Below are positions 1-11,865 of a DNA stretch of 64,000 nucleotides, piece after piece (within the stretch, counting starts at the first letter, position 1; each line of letters starts with the position of its first letter). Origin of the DNA: Centroscyllium fabricii. Lineage: Eukaryota. The notes under the pieces were generated by a model. The model did no database searches and had not been told where the DNA came from. It saw only the letters and a list, made by a program, of their open reading frames with translations. The DNA lies in NCBI GenBank assembly GCA_051313645.2, contig JBNRSN020000011.1, positions 166,966,001 to 167,030,000 of the forward strand, given 5' to 3'. Made by a program: the position numbers and the translations under genes.

Positions 1-821
1 GTTTAATTAAATCGTATTTTAATCAATTTTAAATATGTAATGTTTTTTGTTTTGTTTGATGTCTGGGTGTATTTTTGGGGATATTCCCATTCATGCTTAT
101 GGGAGTTCCATAGATACGGAATCCCCATAAGCATGAATGGGGATCCCCTTCTTTCATTGGTTGGGCCGGCCCAGGTGAGCCCAGGGGAGCTCGCGAACCT
201 CCTGCGCCCCTGGGATACGTGAACCTGTAGAGGCCCAGGAGCGCGACTCTCCGTGGATCCCAAGGCGGAAGGTAGGCGCGGATTTTATTTGCGGATTGGA
301 GGCATTTCCCCACGGGTAGCCTCCGACCCCAAATTCAGGCCCAATAAGTTAAGATTCCAGGTGTAGATCCTGCGTCAGAACTGGAAGAAATTACAGGGAC
401 ACAACTTTTTTTTTTAAATATAAAAAAGGAATTGAACAAAGGGAAGGGGGGAGCGATATGCAAACAAAAAAAATAATTAAAATGGAAAATAGGAGAGATG
501 GTTAATATCACTTCAGCCATTTATCACAAGACAAAAAGGAGGACTGAAAAAAGAATTTAAAGACATTTAAAGATGCAAACTGGCTTCCCCAAAATGGCTC
601 AGGATTTTCATGGTGGCGGGGGCGGCGTGATAATACCATTCACCAGAGTGAAAAATAAATGTAAATGTTTTAAAGGGGCTAAACAAAATAACCTTAACTT
701 ATTTTACAGGTGCTTTTATGTTTAAATAATTGTTTTTTTTTTTAAATATTAATTTAAACTCTTACACTGGTAAAAGCAGGCCGTACGCCTACTTTTACCA
801 GGCTTAAGAATTTCACGGGTA

Positions 822-984
822 TAGGTTGAGCACCGTTAATCCAGCACCCTCGGGACCAGGCCGGTGCCGGACCACTGAAAACTCCGAACCACTGAAGGTT
901 TGGGGGCGGGGGGAGCGCACGGTAGAACACTCCCCGGGGCGCGCGGTCGAACCATCGGGTGCCGGATTACCGGTGCTCAACCTG
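822..984. mobile_element. pogo/Tigger-like MITE
   Basis: TIRs (T/C)AGGTTGAGCACCG...CGGTGCTCAACCTG with flanking TA at 820-821 and 985-986; a truncated copy of the same end lies at about 44908-45090. Confidence 0.75.
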
Positions 985-1519
985 TATTCGCTGGACATTA
1001 GTTAGGGAAAATACTCTCCATCCCACGGATGCCCTTTTCCCAGGGATGGCTATGAAACCTCCCAAATGGCCAGTCCGTCCCTGGACATTTACCAGAAATG
1101 GAACAGCGGAGGTGGTGGTTCGGGAGAGGGGTGGGGGTAGGGGGTGGGGGGGAAAGGGTGCGGAAAGGCAAGTGGAAATGGAATCAGGAAAAACTGGCAA
1201 AGCAGAGCGGGCTCCAGTGGCCCAGGAACCTGGGGAAGAGAGAGAAAAAAACCAGGCCAACACCAAGGATACAAACCACCCTACCAGCACCATGTCCTGA
1301 CAGAACATCTCCACCCAAGCCTGAACCTGCCTTTCCCCTCCCAAAAAAACAACGCATCTAACTCATACAATGCCAGCATTTGGCATAGCGCCAGGGGAAG
1401 GGGGTGGGGGGGTGAGAGGAGGAAAGGAAAGAGTATAGACGTAGGGTGGGGGGGAGAAAGCTAGCTAGAACAACCTTAAAACTTTTGTTTTGCACAATCA
1501 CCGCTCTATTTGTTCTTGG

Positions 1520-2090
1520 GACGCTGGGAAAGCTGTATTTATTGCGCGTTCCTAGTTCCCCATGGAAGGTGGTGGTGGGCCTTCGCCATGAACAGCTGCA
1601 GTCCGTGTGGTGGTGTTGGTGCTTCCACAATCGTATTGGATAGCGGATTCCAGAATTCTGACCCAGCAACACATGTCCAAGTCAGAACGGTGTGTGACTG
1701 CTGGAGGGAGGTTGCTGTCCCAATAACCATGCCACAATGCATCCTGTATTTCATACATACCGCAGCCAGTATAGATACGGAGTCCAGCGGCAGGGGCACC
1801 AAACTGTTCTGTCCTGGATGGTGTTAAGCTATGAGTGGTCCGGCAGCTGCACCCATGCAGGCAGACGGTAAATGTTCAATCATACCCCTGACTTGAGCCT
1901 TGTAGATGAAGGAGAGGTAAGCCATTCCTCGGTACAGTATCCAGCCTCTTTCCTGGTGGCGGACTTGGCGATGGTGGTTCCACTGGCGGTCAAGGCGAGG
2001 TGGTTGGGCTCCATCTTGTTTGAGATGGTCATTACCGGCAGCTTATCCAGGTCAGGCTGTAGGCTGGCATGGGCTGTTTCATTATCAGAG
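1520..2090 (-). mobile_element. old degenerate 3' fragment of CR1-group LINE
   Basis: diverged match to the LINE at 36019-38033 (AACAGCTGCAGTCCGTGTGG, TTCCAGAATTCTGACCCAGC). Confidence 0.6.
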
Positions 2091-2189
2091 GACTGGGGGG
2101 CGGCACAGTGGCATAGTGGTTAGCACTGTTGCCTTACAGTGCTAGGGGCCCGGGTTCAAATCCGGCCTTGGGTGACTGTCTGTGTGGAG

Positions 2190-2488
2190 TGTGGTAAACC
2201 ATTAACAGTAATGCTATACCACTGTCGTACTACCGTACTGTATCTGTAAATACCTTGCTGCTGACTATGTATATACCTGTAAATACCTGTATGTTAATAC
2301 TTGTAGGAGCTTGCCCCGGCTGACCCCGCCTCTGACTCCTCCTCCGGGCTCAGGTACGTAGGTGACTGCTCCCCCTCCCCCGGTCAGTACATCTCTGAGC
2401 TCAGCCGAGACACACTCCATTCTTCAGTGAATAAAAGCCTTATAGTTAAGGTTAACTCTTCGTCTTTGGCCTTATTGACAGTACATCA
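2190..2488 (+). mobile_element. solo LTR (~300 bp, family A)
   Basis: TGTGGTAA...ACATCA termini, AATAAA at about 2430, 5-bp TSD TGGAG. Confidence 0.85.
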
Positions 2489-2617
2489 TGGAGTTTGCAC
2501 ATTCTCCCCGTGTCTGCGTGGGTTTCCTCCGGGTGCTCTGGTTCCCTCCCACAGTCCAAAGATGTGCGGGTTAGGTTGATTGGCCAGGATAAATTGACCC
2601 TTAGTGTTAGGGGGATT

Positions 2618-3867
2618 AAGTAAGTAAGTAAGTAAGTAAATTTTTTATTGTCACACAACTGAAAATAAACAATAAATTCAGGTGAAATGCTTACTGCAGT
2701 TTCACGCACTATATAACAACTAAACCACTACAACTAAACATCAAAGAACAAAGACACACAGCACGTGAGAACCCACAAGACGTCAAGCCATTTTTCCGGC
2801 GCCATCGTTGAGGGTCCACATGTGCTCCGGTTCCTAAATTCGACGTTATTAAAAAAAACCTTCAACCAATTCAATATATATAAATATGTTCAAGTTAATC
2901 AATGTTTCAGGGAGTGCAGAAGGCGACCCGATCACCGACCATCCATCCGACCGCAGACCACGCAGGCCAACCAATTTCTCAGCTCCTGGATTGAAGAAAC
3001 TAGTCCCCAACTCCGACCACTGCTCCATGAATGCCCATAGAATCTTCTGGAAGAAAGTGAAAGAGTCCACATACAGCCAACGGCCCGATTCACGCCCGAC
3101 GAATTCTTCCTGCTCCCGCGCCTCAGGAGCAAACGCACAACTCCCGACAACGACCATTAGGCCCGACGAGATCTTCATGCTCCCGCATCTCTGGAGCAAA
3201 GGGACAACGCCCGACAACGACAACGGCCCGATGAAGGCCCGACGACCTCCTCTACCTTTCACACCTCCGGAGAGAAGGAACAGCGCTCGACGCCGACCAA
3301 CGGCCCGATAAGGGCCCGACTACTTCTTCTAGCTCCTACACCATGGGAACAAAGGAGCAGCGCCCGACGCCGACCAACGGCCCGATTTAGGCCGCCGAGA
3401 TCTTCCTGCTCCCGCACCTCGGGAACAAAGGAGCAGCGCCCGACGCCGACCAACGGCCCGATTTAGGCCGCCGAGATCTTCCTGCTCCCGCACCACGGGA
3501 ACAAAGGAGCAGCGCCCGACGCCGGCCAACGGCCCGATTTAGGCCGCCGAGATCTTCCTGCTCCCGCACCTCGGGAGCGAAGAAACAGTGCCCAACGCCG
3601 ACCAACGGCCCAACAGTGAGTAGAACGGAGATCTGGGGCCTACCCTTCGGCCAGATCTCCCAAAAACATCGAAATTCAAAAAGAACATAAAAAACTTGAA
3701 ATCTAAATTTAAAATTTAAATCTAAACCATCGGCCCAACTCTCAGCTTACTTCCAAGGGCCGATGTTTTAAATTTAAGTTAAAAAAAGATGGAATTTTAA
3801 ATTACATTATGAGGAGCTCCCTCCAATAACGTCTACTCCAACCGGAGCACAGCGCCCCCCCCCCCCC
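2618..3867 (-). mobile_element. non-autonomous retroposon with internal minisatellite and (TTAC)n tail
   Basis: inserted into a SINE; minus-strand 3' end TGTGACAATAAAAAATTTAC(TTAC)n; GC-rich 5' end; no long ORF. Confidence 0.6.
3075..3612. repeat. 76-bp GC-rich minisatellite, about 7 units degenerating leftward
   Basis: GAGATCTTCCTGCTCCCGCACC recurs at 3397, 3473 and 3549 (period 76). Confidence 0.9.
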
Positions 3868-4644
3868 AAATATGTGGGGTTACGGGGATAGGGTGGGATA
3901 TGTGTCGGTGCAGGCTCGATGGGCCGAAATGGCCTCTCTCTGCACTGTAGTGATTCTATGATTCTGTGAATGGAGCTGAACTCTGGAATTATCAGCAAAC
4001 AGCTGCAATTTTAACTTAATGGAGGGAAGGTTGTGACATGAAACAGCTGAAGATGGTTGGGCCGAGGTCGCTTCCCAGAGGAACTCATACAGTGATGATT
4101 GGCCTCCAACAACCATCTTACGTTGAGTCAGGTACTTTTGACTCCAGCCATTGGGAGGTTTTCCCTTTGACCCCACATTGACCAGTTTTTTTTTTAGGGC
4201 CTCTTGATACCATACTCAGTTAATGTCGGGGATAGTTACCCTTGCCTCTGCTCTGGTATTCAGCTCTTATGTCAATGTCTGAATCGAGGCTGTGATGAGA
4301 TCTGGAGTGGAGCGATTCTAGCGGAACCCAGACGGAGTATCCTGAATCATTAGTAAGTAGATGTTACTTGATGGCACTATTGCAGAATCGTTTCATCACT
4401 TTACTAATGTTGAAACAACTTCTTGAATAATATGGGGGGTGGGGAGAAAGAAGAGAGAAAGAAATTGATTACGGAAGGAGAGTTGTTAACAAATTGGAAA
4501 TAATGCAGTCTAGGAAGGTGAACACTGGGAGGAGTATATAGATTAACACAATTATGACAAATAATACATGACTGAAAAAAATGAGATAAGTAACGCTAAT
4601 GTATGCAGGAAGCAAGTGCTGCATTCAAGATTTTAATATATTTA

Positions 4645-5120
4645 AAAAAAAATGTTTTATTCGTTGATGGGATGTGAGCATTGCTGGCTGGCTAGGCCTG
4701 CATTTAGTGCCCATTCCTAATGGCCCTTGAGAAGACGCCTTCTTGAACCGCTGCAGTCCATATGGTGTAGGTACACCCACAATGTTGTGTCGTGGTTGTT
4801 TTTACAACTGAGTGGCTTGCTGGGGCATTAAGAGTCAACCACATTGCTGTGGGTCTGGAGTCACATGTAGGCCAGACCAGGTAAGGACAGCAGATTTCCT
4901 TCCCTAAAGGACATTAGTGAACCAGATAGGTTTTTGCAACAATCGACAATGGTATCATGGTCGCCATTACTAAGACTAACATTTAATTCCAGAATTAAAT
5001 TGAATTGAATTTAAATTCCACCAGCTGCCGTGGTGGGATTTGAACCCATATCCTCAGAGCATTTGACTGAGCCTCTGGCTTACTAGTCTAGTGACATAAC
5101 CACTACGCCACTGCTTCCCC
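4645..5120 (-). mobile_element. tRNA-headed SINE sharing its 3' tail with the LINE at 36019-38033
   Basis: head GGGGAAGCAGTGGCGTAGTGGTTATGTCAC...GGTTCAAATCCC; tail matches 37900-38030; near-identical copy at 15063-15551. Confidence 0.8.
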
Positions 5121-5407
5121 CTTAGATAGATATATTTTAATCACATTTCAAGTGCCCTTACCTAGGCTACAACTTTCATTTACAACAGCCAGACTGAAAT
5201 GGAAACTGGCACTTGCAGGTCACCTGTAGATAACATGGCATTTTAATCTGGATTGCTTTTAAATAAAAGATGCTAATTTTCTAGTTCTAGTGTGGATAGT
5301 GATGAGAGAACCAGTCAATCATCTTTGGCACAAAATATCCTCTAACTTGGGTAAAACAATATTTTGTTTGCATCTAGGATACGTTCAGTTTACTGTGTTG
5401 TATATAT

Positions 5408-7213
5408 TTTTTTCATTCGCTTATGGGATCAGGGCATTGCTGGCCAGGCCAGCATTTATTGCCCATCCCTAATTGCCCTCGAGAAGATGGTGGTGAGCCG
5501 CCTTCTTGAACCGCTGCAGTCCGTGTGGTGAAGATACTTCCACAGTGCTGTTAGGTAGGGAGTTCCAGGATTTTGACTCTGCGACGATGAAGGATCGGCA
5601 ATATACTTCTATGTCACGATGGTGTGTGACTTGGAGGGGAACTTGGAGGTGGTGGTGTTCCCCTGCGCTTGCTGCCACTGGCCTTCTAGGAGGTAGAGGT
5701 CGTGGGTTTGGGAGGTGCTGTCGAAGAAGCCTTGGTGAGTTGCTGCAGTGCATCTTGTAGATGGTATACATTGCAGCCACGGTACGCCGGTGGTGGAGGG
5801 AGTGAATGTTTAAGGTGGTGGATGGGGTGCCAATCAGGCGGACTGCTTTGTCCTGGATGGTGTCGAGCTTCTTGAGTGTTGTTGCAGCTGCACTCATCTA
5901 GGCAAGTGGAGAGTATTCCATCACACTCCTTACTTGTGCCTTGTAGATGGTGGAAAGGCTTTGGGGAGACACTCGCCACAGAATACCCAACTCTGACCTG
6001 CTCCTGTAGCCACAGTATTTATGTAGTTGGTCCAGTTAAGTTTCTGGTCAATGGTGACCCCCAGGATGTTGATGGTGGGGGATTCAGCGATGGTAATACC
6101 ATTGAATGTCAAGGGGAGGTGGTTAGACTCTCGCTTGTTGGAGATAGTCATTGCCTGGCACTTCTGTGGCGCGAATGTTACCTGCCACTTATCAACCCAA
6201 GCCTGAACATCATCCAGGTCTTCTTGCATGCGGGCATGGACTGCTTCATTATCTGAGGAGTTGTGAATGGTGCTGAACACTGTGCAGTCATCAGCGAACA
6301 TCCCCATTTCTAACCTTATGCTGGAGGGAAGGTCATTCATGAAGCAGCTGAAGATGGTTGGGCCTAGGACACTGCCCTGAGGAACTCCTGCAGTGATGTC
6401 CTGGGGCTGTGATGATTGACCTTCATTCACCACAACCATCTTCCTTTGTGCTAGGTATGACTCCAGCCAGTGGAGTGTTTTCCCCCTGATTAGAACATAG
6501 AAGATAGGAGCAGGAGTCGGCCATTTGAGCCTGCTCCGCCATTCAATGAGATCATGGCTGATCATCCAAATCCAGCACCCTGTCCCTCCCTTGTCCCCAT
6601 ATCCCTCAATCCCTATCAAGCCTGCACCGACACATATCCCACCCTATCCCCATAACCCCACATATTTAATGTCCCTAACACTAAGGGTCAATTTATCCTG
6701 GCCAATCAACCTAACCCGCACATCTTTGGACTGTGGGAGGAAACCGGAGCACCCGGAGGAAACCCACGCAGACACGGGGAGAATGTGCAAACTCCACACA
6801 GATAGTACCCAAGGCTGGATTTGAACCCGGGTCCCCAGTGCTGTGAGGCAACAGTGCTAACCCTATACCACCGTGCCGCCCATTGACTTCAGTTTTACTA
6901 GGGCTCCTTGATGCCACACTCGGTCAAATACTGCCTTGATGTCAAGGGCAGTCACTCTCACCTCACCTCTGGAATCCAGCTCTTTTGTCGATGTTTGGAC
7001 CAAGGCTGTAATGAGGTCTGGAGCAGAGTGGTCCTGGCGGAACCCAAACTGGGCATCAGTGAGCAGGTTATTGGTGTGTAAGTGAGCACTGTCGATGACA
7101 CCTTCCATCACTTTGTTGATGATTGAGAGTAGACTGATGGGACCGTAATTGGCCGGGCTGGATTTGCCCTGCTTTTTGTGGACAGGACATACCGAGGCAG
7201 TTTTCCACATTGT
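5408..7213 (-). mobile_element. 5'-truncated CR1-group LINE (RT), split by a SINE
   Basis: ORF pieces [28 protein letters not shown]. Confidence 0.9.
6492..6882 (-). mobile_element. HE1-like SINE with CR1-type tail
   Basis: reverse complement of the SINE body plus CTCCTGCTCCTATCTTCTATG tail. Confidence 0.85.
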
Positions 7214-7256
7214 CGGATAGATTTTATATTGTGCAGTACATTTAACACGGACTTAC

Positions 7257-7393
7257 CTGAAAATATGCCACTCAAAGCTGTTAAAATTCTAGGGCCATTT
7301 CCGCTCTTGGTAAAATGTGCCTTTATATCTTGTATGTTGTTTATCACATCCTGGAGATCTCTTAAACCAAGGTTCTGTTCCTTAATCTCAGCA
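7257..7393 (-). CDS. internal exon (137 nt, phase 2-1) of a TRIM-like gene
   Basis: CATAG acceptor, GTAAGT donor; open in the frame continuing from the 20-nt exon: SAEIKEQNLGLRDLQDVINNIQDIKAHFTKSGNGPRILTALSGIFS. Confidence 0.65.
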
Positions 7394-7906
7394 CTATGAA
7401 CGTATATTAAAAAAAACCAACGATTTCAGTTAAAAACACTCTTTTTTCGTAGGCTGTAAAAAGGTTATGTATTGAAAAAACAGGTTATCGATCTTGAAAA
7501 GATATTCTTTGATCTTTAAACAAAATCACTACAGGAGTCCAGTCCCTTTCAACTAGTACCTGGGAAAAAACATGCTCTAGACTGAAAAAATCTCAACATC
7601 TGTAGCCATGCCAACATGCAATTGCTATTTCTGGTCATTGTAAAAAGAGAGGGAGATAATGTGCTTGCGTGCAAGTTAATTCTGGTCTCAGTTACAGAAA
7701 CTATTTGGTGGTTTTACCAATAGTTCTAGAAGATTTAACACTAAATAGAACTGGTGAGGGCAGCTGGTTAGATTGGCTTTTACTTCTTTCCTACAGTACA
7801 ACAGTGACTACACATCAAAAGTAGTGCGTTAGTTGTACGTCCCGAGGACCCAAAAGGCGCTCTCCATTTCATAAATGCAAGTCTTTCTTTCAAAAGAATA
7901 GAGTTT

Positions 7907-8224
7907 CGGGCGGCATGGTGGCATAGTGGTTAGCACTGTTGCCTTACAGCACTAGAGACCCGGGTTCAAATCCAGCCTCGGGTGACTATCTGTGTGGAGT
8001 TTGCACATTCTCCCCGTGTCTGCGTGGGTTTCCTCCGGGTGCTCCTGTTTCCTCCCACAGTCCCAAGATGTGCGGGTTAGGGTGATTGGCCATGATAAAT
8101 TGACCCTTAGTGTTCGGGGGATTAAATGTGTGGGGTTACGGGGATAGGGTGGGATATGTGTCGGCGCAGGCTCGATGGGCCGAAATGGCCTCTATCTGCA
8201 CTGTCGGGATTCTATGATTCTATG
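7907..8224 (+). mobile_element. HE1-like SINE (GATTCTAT tail)
   Basis: full tRNA head, body and tail. Confidence 0.9.
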
Positions 8225-8677
8225 AACAAAGAGTCTATTAAAAGATAGATGATTGCTCTGAGAGCAGACCGTAGTGGTGCAATTTATGAGTTGATGTTCC
8301 TGAAATGGAGTTTTATCAACCAAGAGGCTAAAGAGATAGTCCAGTGCAGCCACCTGATCTACAGAGCAACACTTACTCCAAGCGTCAGCCCCGCAAATGT
8401 CACCAATCGAGGCCCAGTTAAGAGCTGCCCGGGCTGCAGCCATAGAACGGGTGCAGTGCAGTTTATTCTGCTCTCTCAGCTCCCTACCTGCAAGATGGCA
8501 ACGTGAAATGATCTCAATTGTCCACTTGGCTGGATGGCTGTCCCCCTCCCTTTAGTCATTGGTCAAAAAACCAATATCACGTTAAACCAAAGAAAATCAA
8601 CAGTTGCCTGGATTTTCAAATCTGCTCCACACATTTGTCACGTTGTCTGGGAACAGCTGTAAAATGACAAGTGCTGT

Positions 8678-9085
8678 AGAAACATAGAAACATAGAAACT
8701 AGGAGCAGGAGTAGGCCATTCGGCCCTTCGAGCCTGCTCCGCCATTCAATGAGATCATGGCTGATCATCCAAACCCAGTACCCCACCCCTGCCCTCTCCC
8801 CATATCCCTCGATCCCTATCAAGCCTGCACTGACACATATCCCACCCTATCCCCGCAACCCCACACATTCAATCCCCCTAACACTAAGGGTCAATTTATC
8901 CTGGCCAATCAACCTAACGCGCACATCTTTGGACTGTGGGAGGAAACCGGAGCACCCGGAGGAAACCCACGCAGACACGGGGAGAATGTGCAAACTCCAC
9001 ACAGATAGTACCCGAGGCTAGATTTGAACCCGGGTCTCCAGTGCTGTGAGACAGCAGTGCTAACCACTGTGCCACCGTGCCGCCC
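8678..9085 (-). mobile_element. HE1-like SINE with CR1-type tail
   Basis: full-length reverse copy; (TTTCTATG)n end. Confidence 0.9.
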
Positions 9086-9322
9086 GTAATTTTGACTGAC
9101 GAGGTGCTGCATAAAATGTAACGGGACAACAATCTCTGTATCCAAATGAAATTGGGTTGGCATGCTGGTCCAGGACTGTACAGCTGGGATGCCAAATCAA
9201 GGTAAGGATGAACCTGCGACTGACCAAAACCAAAGTCACAAATAAAGCAGTTTTCCAATAGCCAATCGGGAAGTCTTTTGACTCAGTTAAATCACACTAA
9301 CTGCATAAAAAGATATCCTTAC

Positions 9323-9342
9323 CTTCTAAAACTGCTCAGCAG
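9323..9342 (-). CDS. micro-exon (20 nt, phase 0-2) of a TRIM-like gene
   Basis: CTTTTCTTTATAG|CTGCTGAGCAGTTTTAGAAG|GTAAGG; phase fits both neighbours; resembles the ~23-nt exon after the TRIM coiled-coil exon. Confidence 0.6.
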
Positions 9343-9592
9343 CTATAAAGAAAAGTTACTACAGTTAGTAATAAGTTAATTTTACAAGATACCTGTACTA
9401 AAGTAGGATTTTGGTGACTTATTTTGCTCAAGTAAACAGGCTTTGACTTTTACTTTTATGAAATGCAAAGAATCAAGTTCCTGGTAATGCTCCCTCTGGG
9501 CTGCACAGCAATGCCAAACGGCCCTACGCAGGTTGCTCACAGGATTCTCCATTGTCAATACCACGCTTGCACGGAAATTTAACGGGACCACG

Positions 9593-10328
9593 CATAGAGT
9601 CATACAGCACAGAAAGAGGCCCTTCGGCCCACCGTGTCCGCGCTGGTCATCAAGCCCTGTCTATTCTAATCCCATTTTCCAGCACTTGGTCCATAGCCTT
9701 GTATGCTATGGCATTTCAAGTGCTCATCTAAATGCTTCTTGAATGTTGTGAGGTTTCCTGCCTCTACCACCCTTTCAGGCAGCGAGTTCCAGACTCCAAC
9801 CACCCTCTGGGTGAAAAAGTTCTTCCTCAAATCCCCTCTAAACCTCCTGCCACTTACCTTGAAACTATGCCCCCTTGTTATTGACCCCGTGAGATGCCTC
9901 AAATCAAAGACGGCAGCGAGTTCTTAAATAAGTGGCTTTTATTCACAAAGAATGTCCCCGATGAGCCTGCCCGGAATGAGAGATAAGTGGGCGGAGCATT
10001 CTCCTTTGTACTAGTACCCAGAGGCGGGGTCAGCCGGTACAGGTCCTTACAGAAAGGTACAGATATTAACAGATATATAACAAACACATTAAACAAAACT
10101 ATATACAATAACCGTACAGTGTGAACCACACCAAAAGGTTCATCACACCCCTCTACTAAGGGAAAAAGATCCTTCGTATCTACCCTATCTATGCCCCTCA
10201 TAATTTTGTACACCTCAATGAGGTCCCCCCTCAGCCTTCTCTGCTCCAAGGAAAACAACCCCACCCTGTCCAGTCTCTCTTCATAGCTGAAGCGCTCCAG
10301 CCCAGGTAACATCCTGGTGAATCTCCTC
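9593..10328 (-). mobile_element. CR1 LINE 3' fragment split by a solo LTR
   Basis: LEQRRLRGDLIEVYKIM and FFTQRVVGVWNSLP motifs. Confidence 0.9.
9890..10147 (-). mobile_element. solo LTR (~260 bp, family B)
   Basis: TGAGATG...CATCACA termini; interrupts CR1 at GACCCC; AATAAA on the minus strand. Confidence 0.7.
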
Positions 10329-10746
10329 ACGCACTAAAAGAAACAGGCCGGGCAGAACAAAGTGCAGCTTACAGGGAACATCCCCTGGTGGTACACATGG
10401 TGCACCTACTGGTGGATACAAGCACTACTTGTAGTGGCAGGACAAGCCATCAGAGTGGAAGTATACTGCCCCCTTTATATAACTTACTGAACTAAACAAC
10501 TCACAGGACTAGAAGCATATTCCTTAATCTTGGTACACCACACACAGCTGCCAACAGTAAGTAAATATTGCTTGTTTTACACTTCTGTGATTTTTAATCA
10601 CTTCACCGGTCACTAACTATATCATGAACGCACCGAATTTTTCCCCAGGTCTACAGCCAAAATGACACCGCATACCAGTGATTTATTTTGCAAATTACTG
10701 ATCGTTGACACTACCCCTTTTTCAAAGTTGTATTTTTTTAACTTAC

Positions 10747-10980
10747 CTGCAGCAATGTCACGGGGTTTTCAGTCCAAAATACATTCTGCAGAGCAGCTTT
10801 AGTTTTCTGCAGTTTTGCCTGCAACTGTTTGAGTTTTGCTGCCCTGCGCTCGACCATCAGATCCACCTGGGCAGTCTCCACAGAAAATCTTTTTTTCCAT
10901 GCTCGTTCCTCAATGTCGAGAAAAAGACGGACTTTCCTGAAGAAGTCCAGGTGTGTCTGTTGCTGCTTTTCCAACTTGTC
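10747..10980 (-). CDS. coiled-coil exon (234 nt, phase 0-0) of a TRIM-like gene
   Basis: polypyrimidine-AATAG acceptor, GTAAGT donor; DKLEKQQQ...WTENPVTLLQ; 231-234 nt is the usual TRIM coiled-coil exon size. Confidence 0.7.
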
Positions 10981-11065
10981 CTATTAAAAAAGGAAACAGA
11001 AGCTTTCCTGGGGTATTTTCCACTTTAAAAACCAAGAACATTTTTCATTCTGCATGTCTTTAACT

Positions 11066-11865
11066 TGCTGGAATCCTTCATTGAGGAAGCAGTAGCAGGA
11101 CATTTGGAATATCATAATGCAGTCAAGCAGAGTCAGCATGGTTTTATGAAAGGGAAATCATGTTTAACAAATTGGCTGGGTGTTCTTTGAGGATGTAACG
11201 AGCAGGGTGGATAAAGGTGAACCAGTGGATGTGGTGTATTTGGATTTACAGAAAGCATTGGAAAAGGTGCCACATAAAAGGTTACTGCACAAGATAAGAG
11301 CTCACGGAGTTGGGGGTAATATATTAGCATGGATAGAGAATCGGCTAAGTAACAGAAAGTAGAGAGTTGGGATAAATGAGTCATTTTCCGGTTGGCAAAC
11401 GGTAACTAGTGGGGTGCCACAGGGATCTCAACTATTTACAATCTACATTAGTGACTTGGATGAAGGGACAGAGTGTAATGTAGCCAAGTTTGCGAATGAT
11501 ACAAAGATGGGTGGGAAAACAAGTTGTGCAGAGGACTCGAAGAACCTGCAAAGGGATATCGACAGGCTAAGTGAGTGGGCAGATATTTGACAGATAAGAG
11601 TATAATGTAGGAAAGTGCGAGGTTATCCACTTTGGTAGGAAAAATCAAAAAGCAAATTATTATTTAAATGGACGTAGATTACAAAATGCTACAGTTCAGA
11701 GGGACCTGGGGGGTCCTTGTGCATGAAACACAAAAAGTTAGCATGCAGGTACAGCAAGTAATCAAAAAGGCAACTTGAATGTTGGCCTTTATTGCAAGGG
11801 GTTTGGAGTATAAAAGCCGGGAAGTCCTGCTACAACTGTACAGGGTATTGGTGAGACCACTCCTT
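11066..11865 (+). mobile_element. CR1 LINE RT fragment (disrupted)
   Basis: QHGFMKGKSC, VDVVYLDLQKA, MLAFIARGLEYK. Confidence 0.9.

Larger units (their letters stand above)
2096..3965 (+). mobile_element. HE1-like tRNA-derived SINE, split by two insertions
   Basis: tRNA head GGCGGCACAGTGGCATAGTGGTTAGCAC...GGTTCAAATCC; body resumes at 2489 and 3868; tail GATTCTATGATTCT. Confidence 0.85.

Noticed and set aside
340-385. Possible terminal or PRY exon of the TRIM-like gene
   Set aside because: An acceptor-like site exists but the translation shows no PRY-SPRY motif.
2096-2170. tRNA genes at A/B-box sequences
   Set aside because: All are SINE heads followed by SINE bodies, with no complete cloverleaf.
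3075-3612. Regular repeats resembling a CRISPR array
   Set aside because: Whole units repeat with no unique spacers, no cas genes, eukaryotic context; it is a minisatellite.
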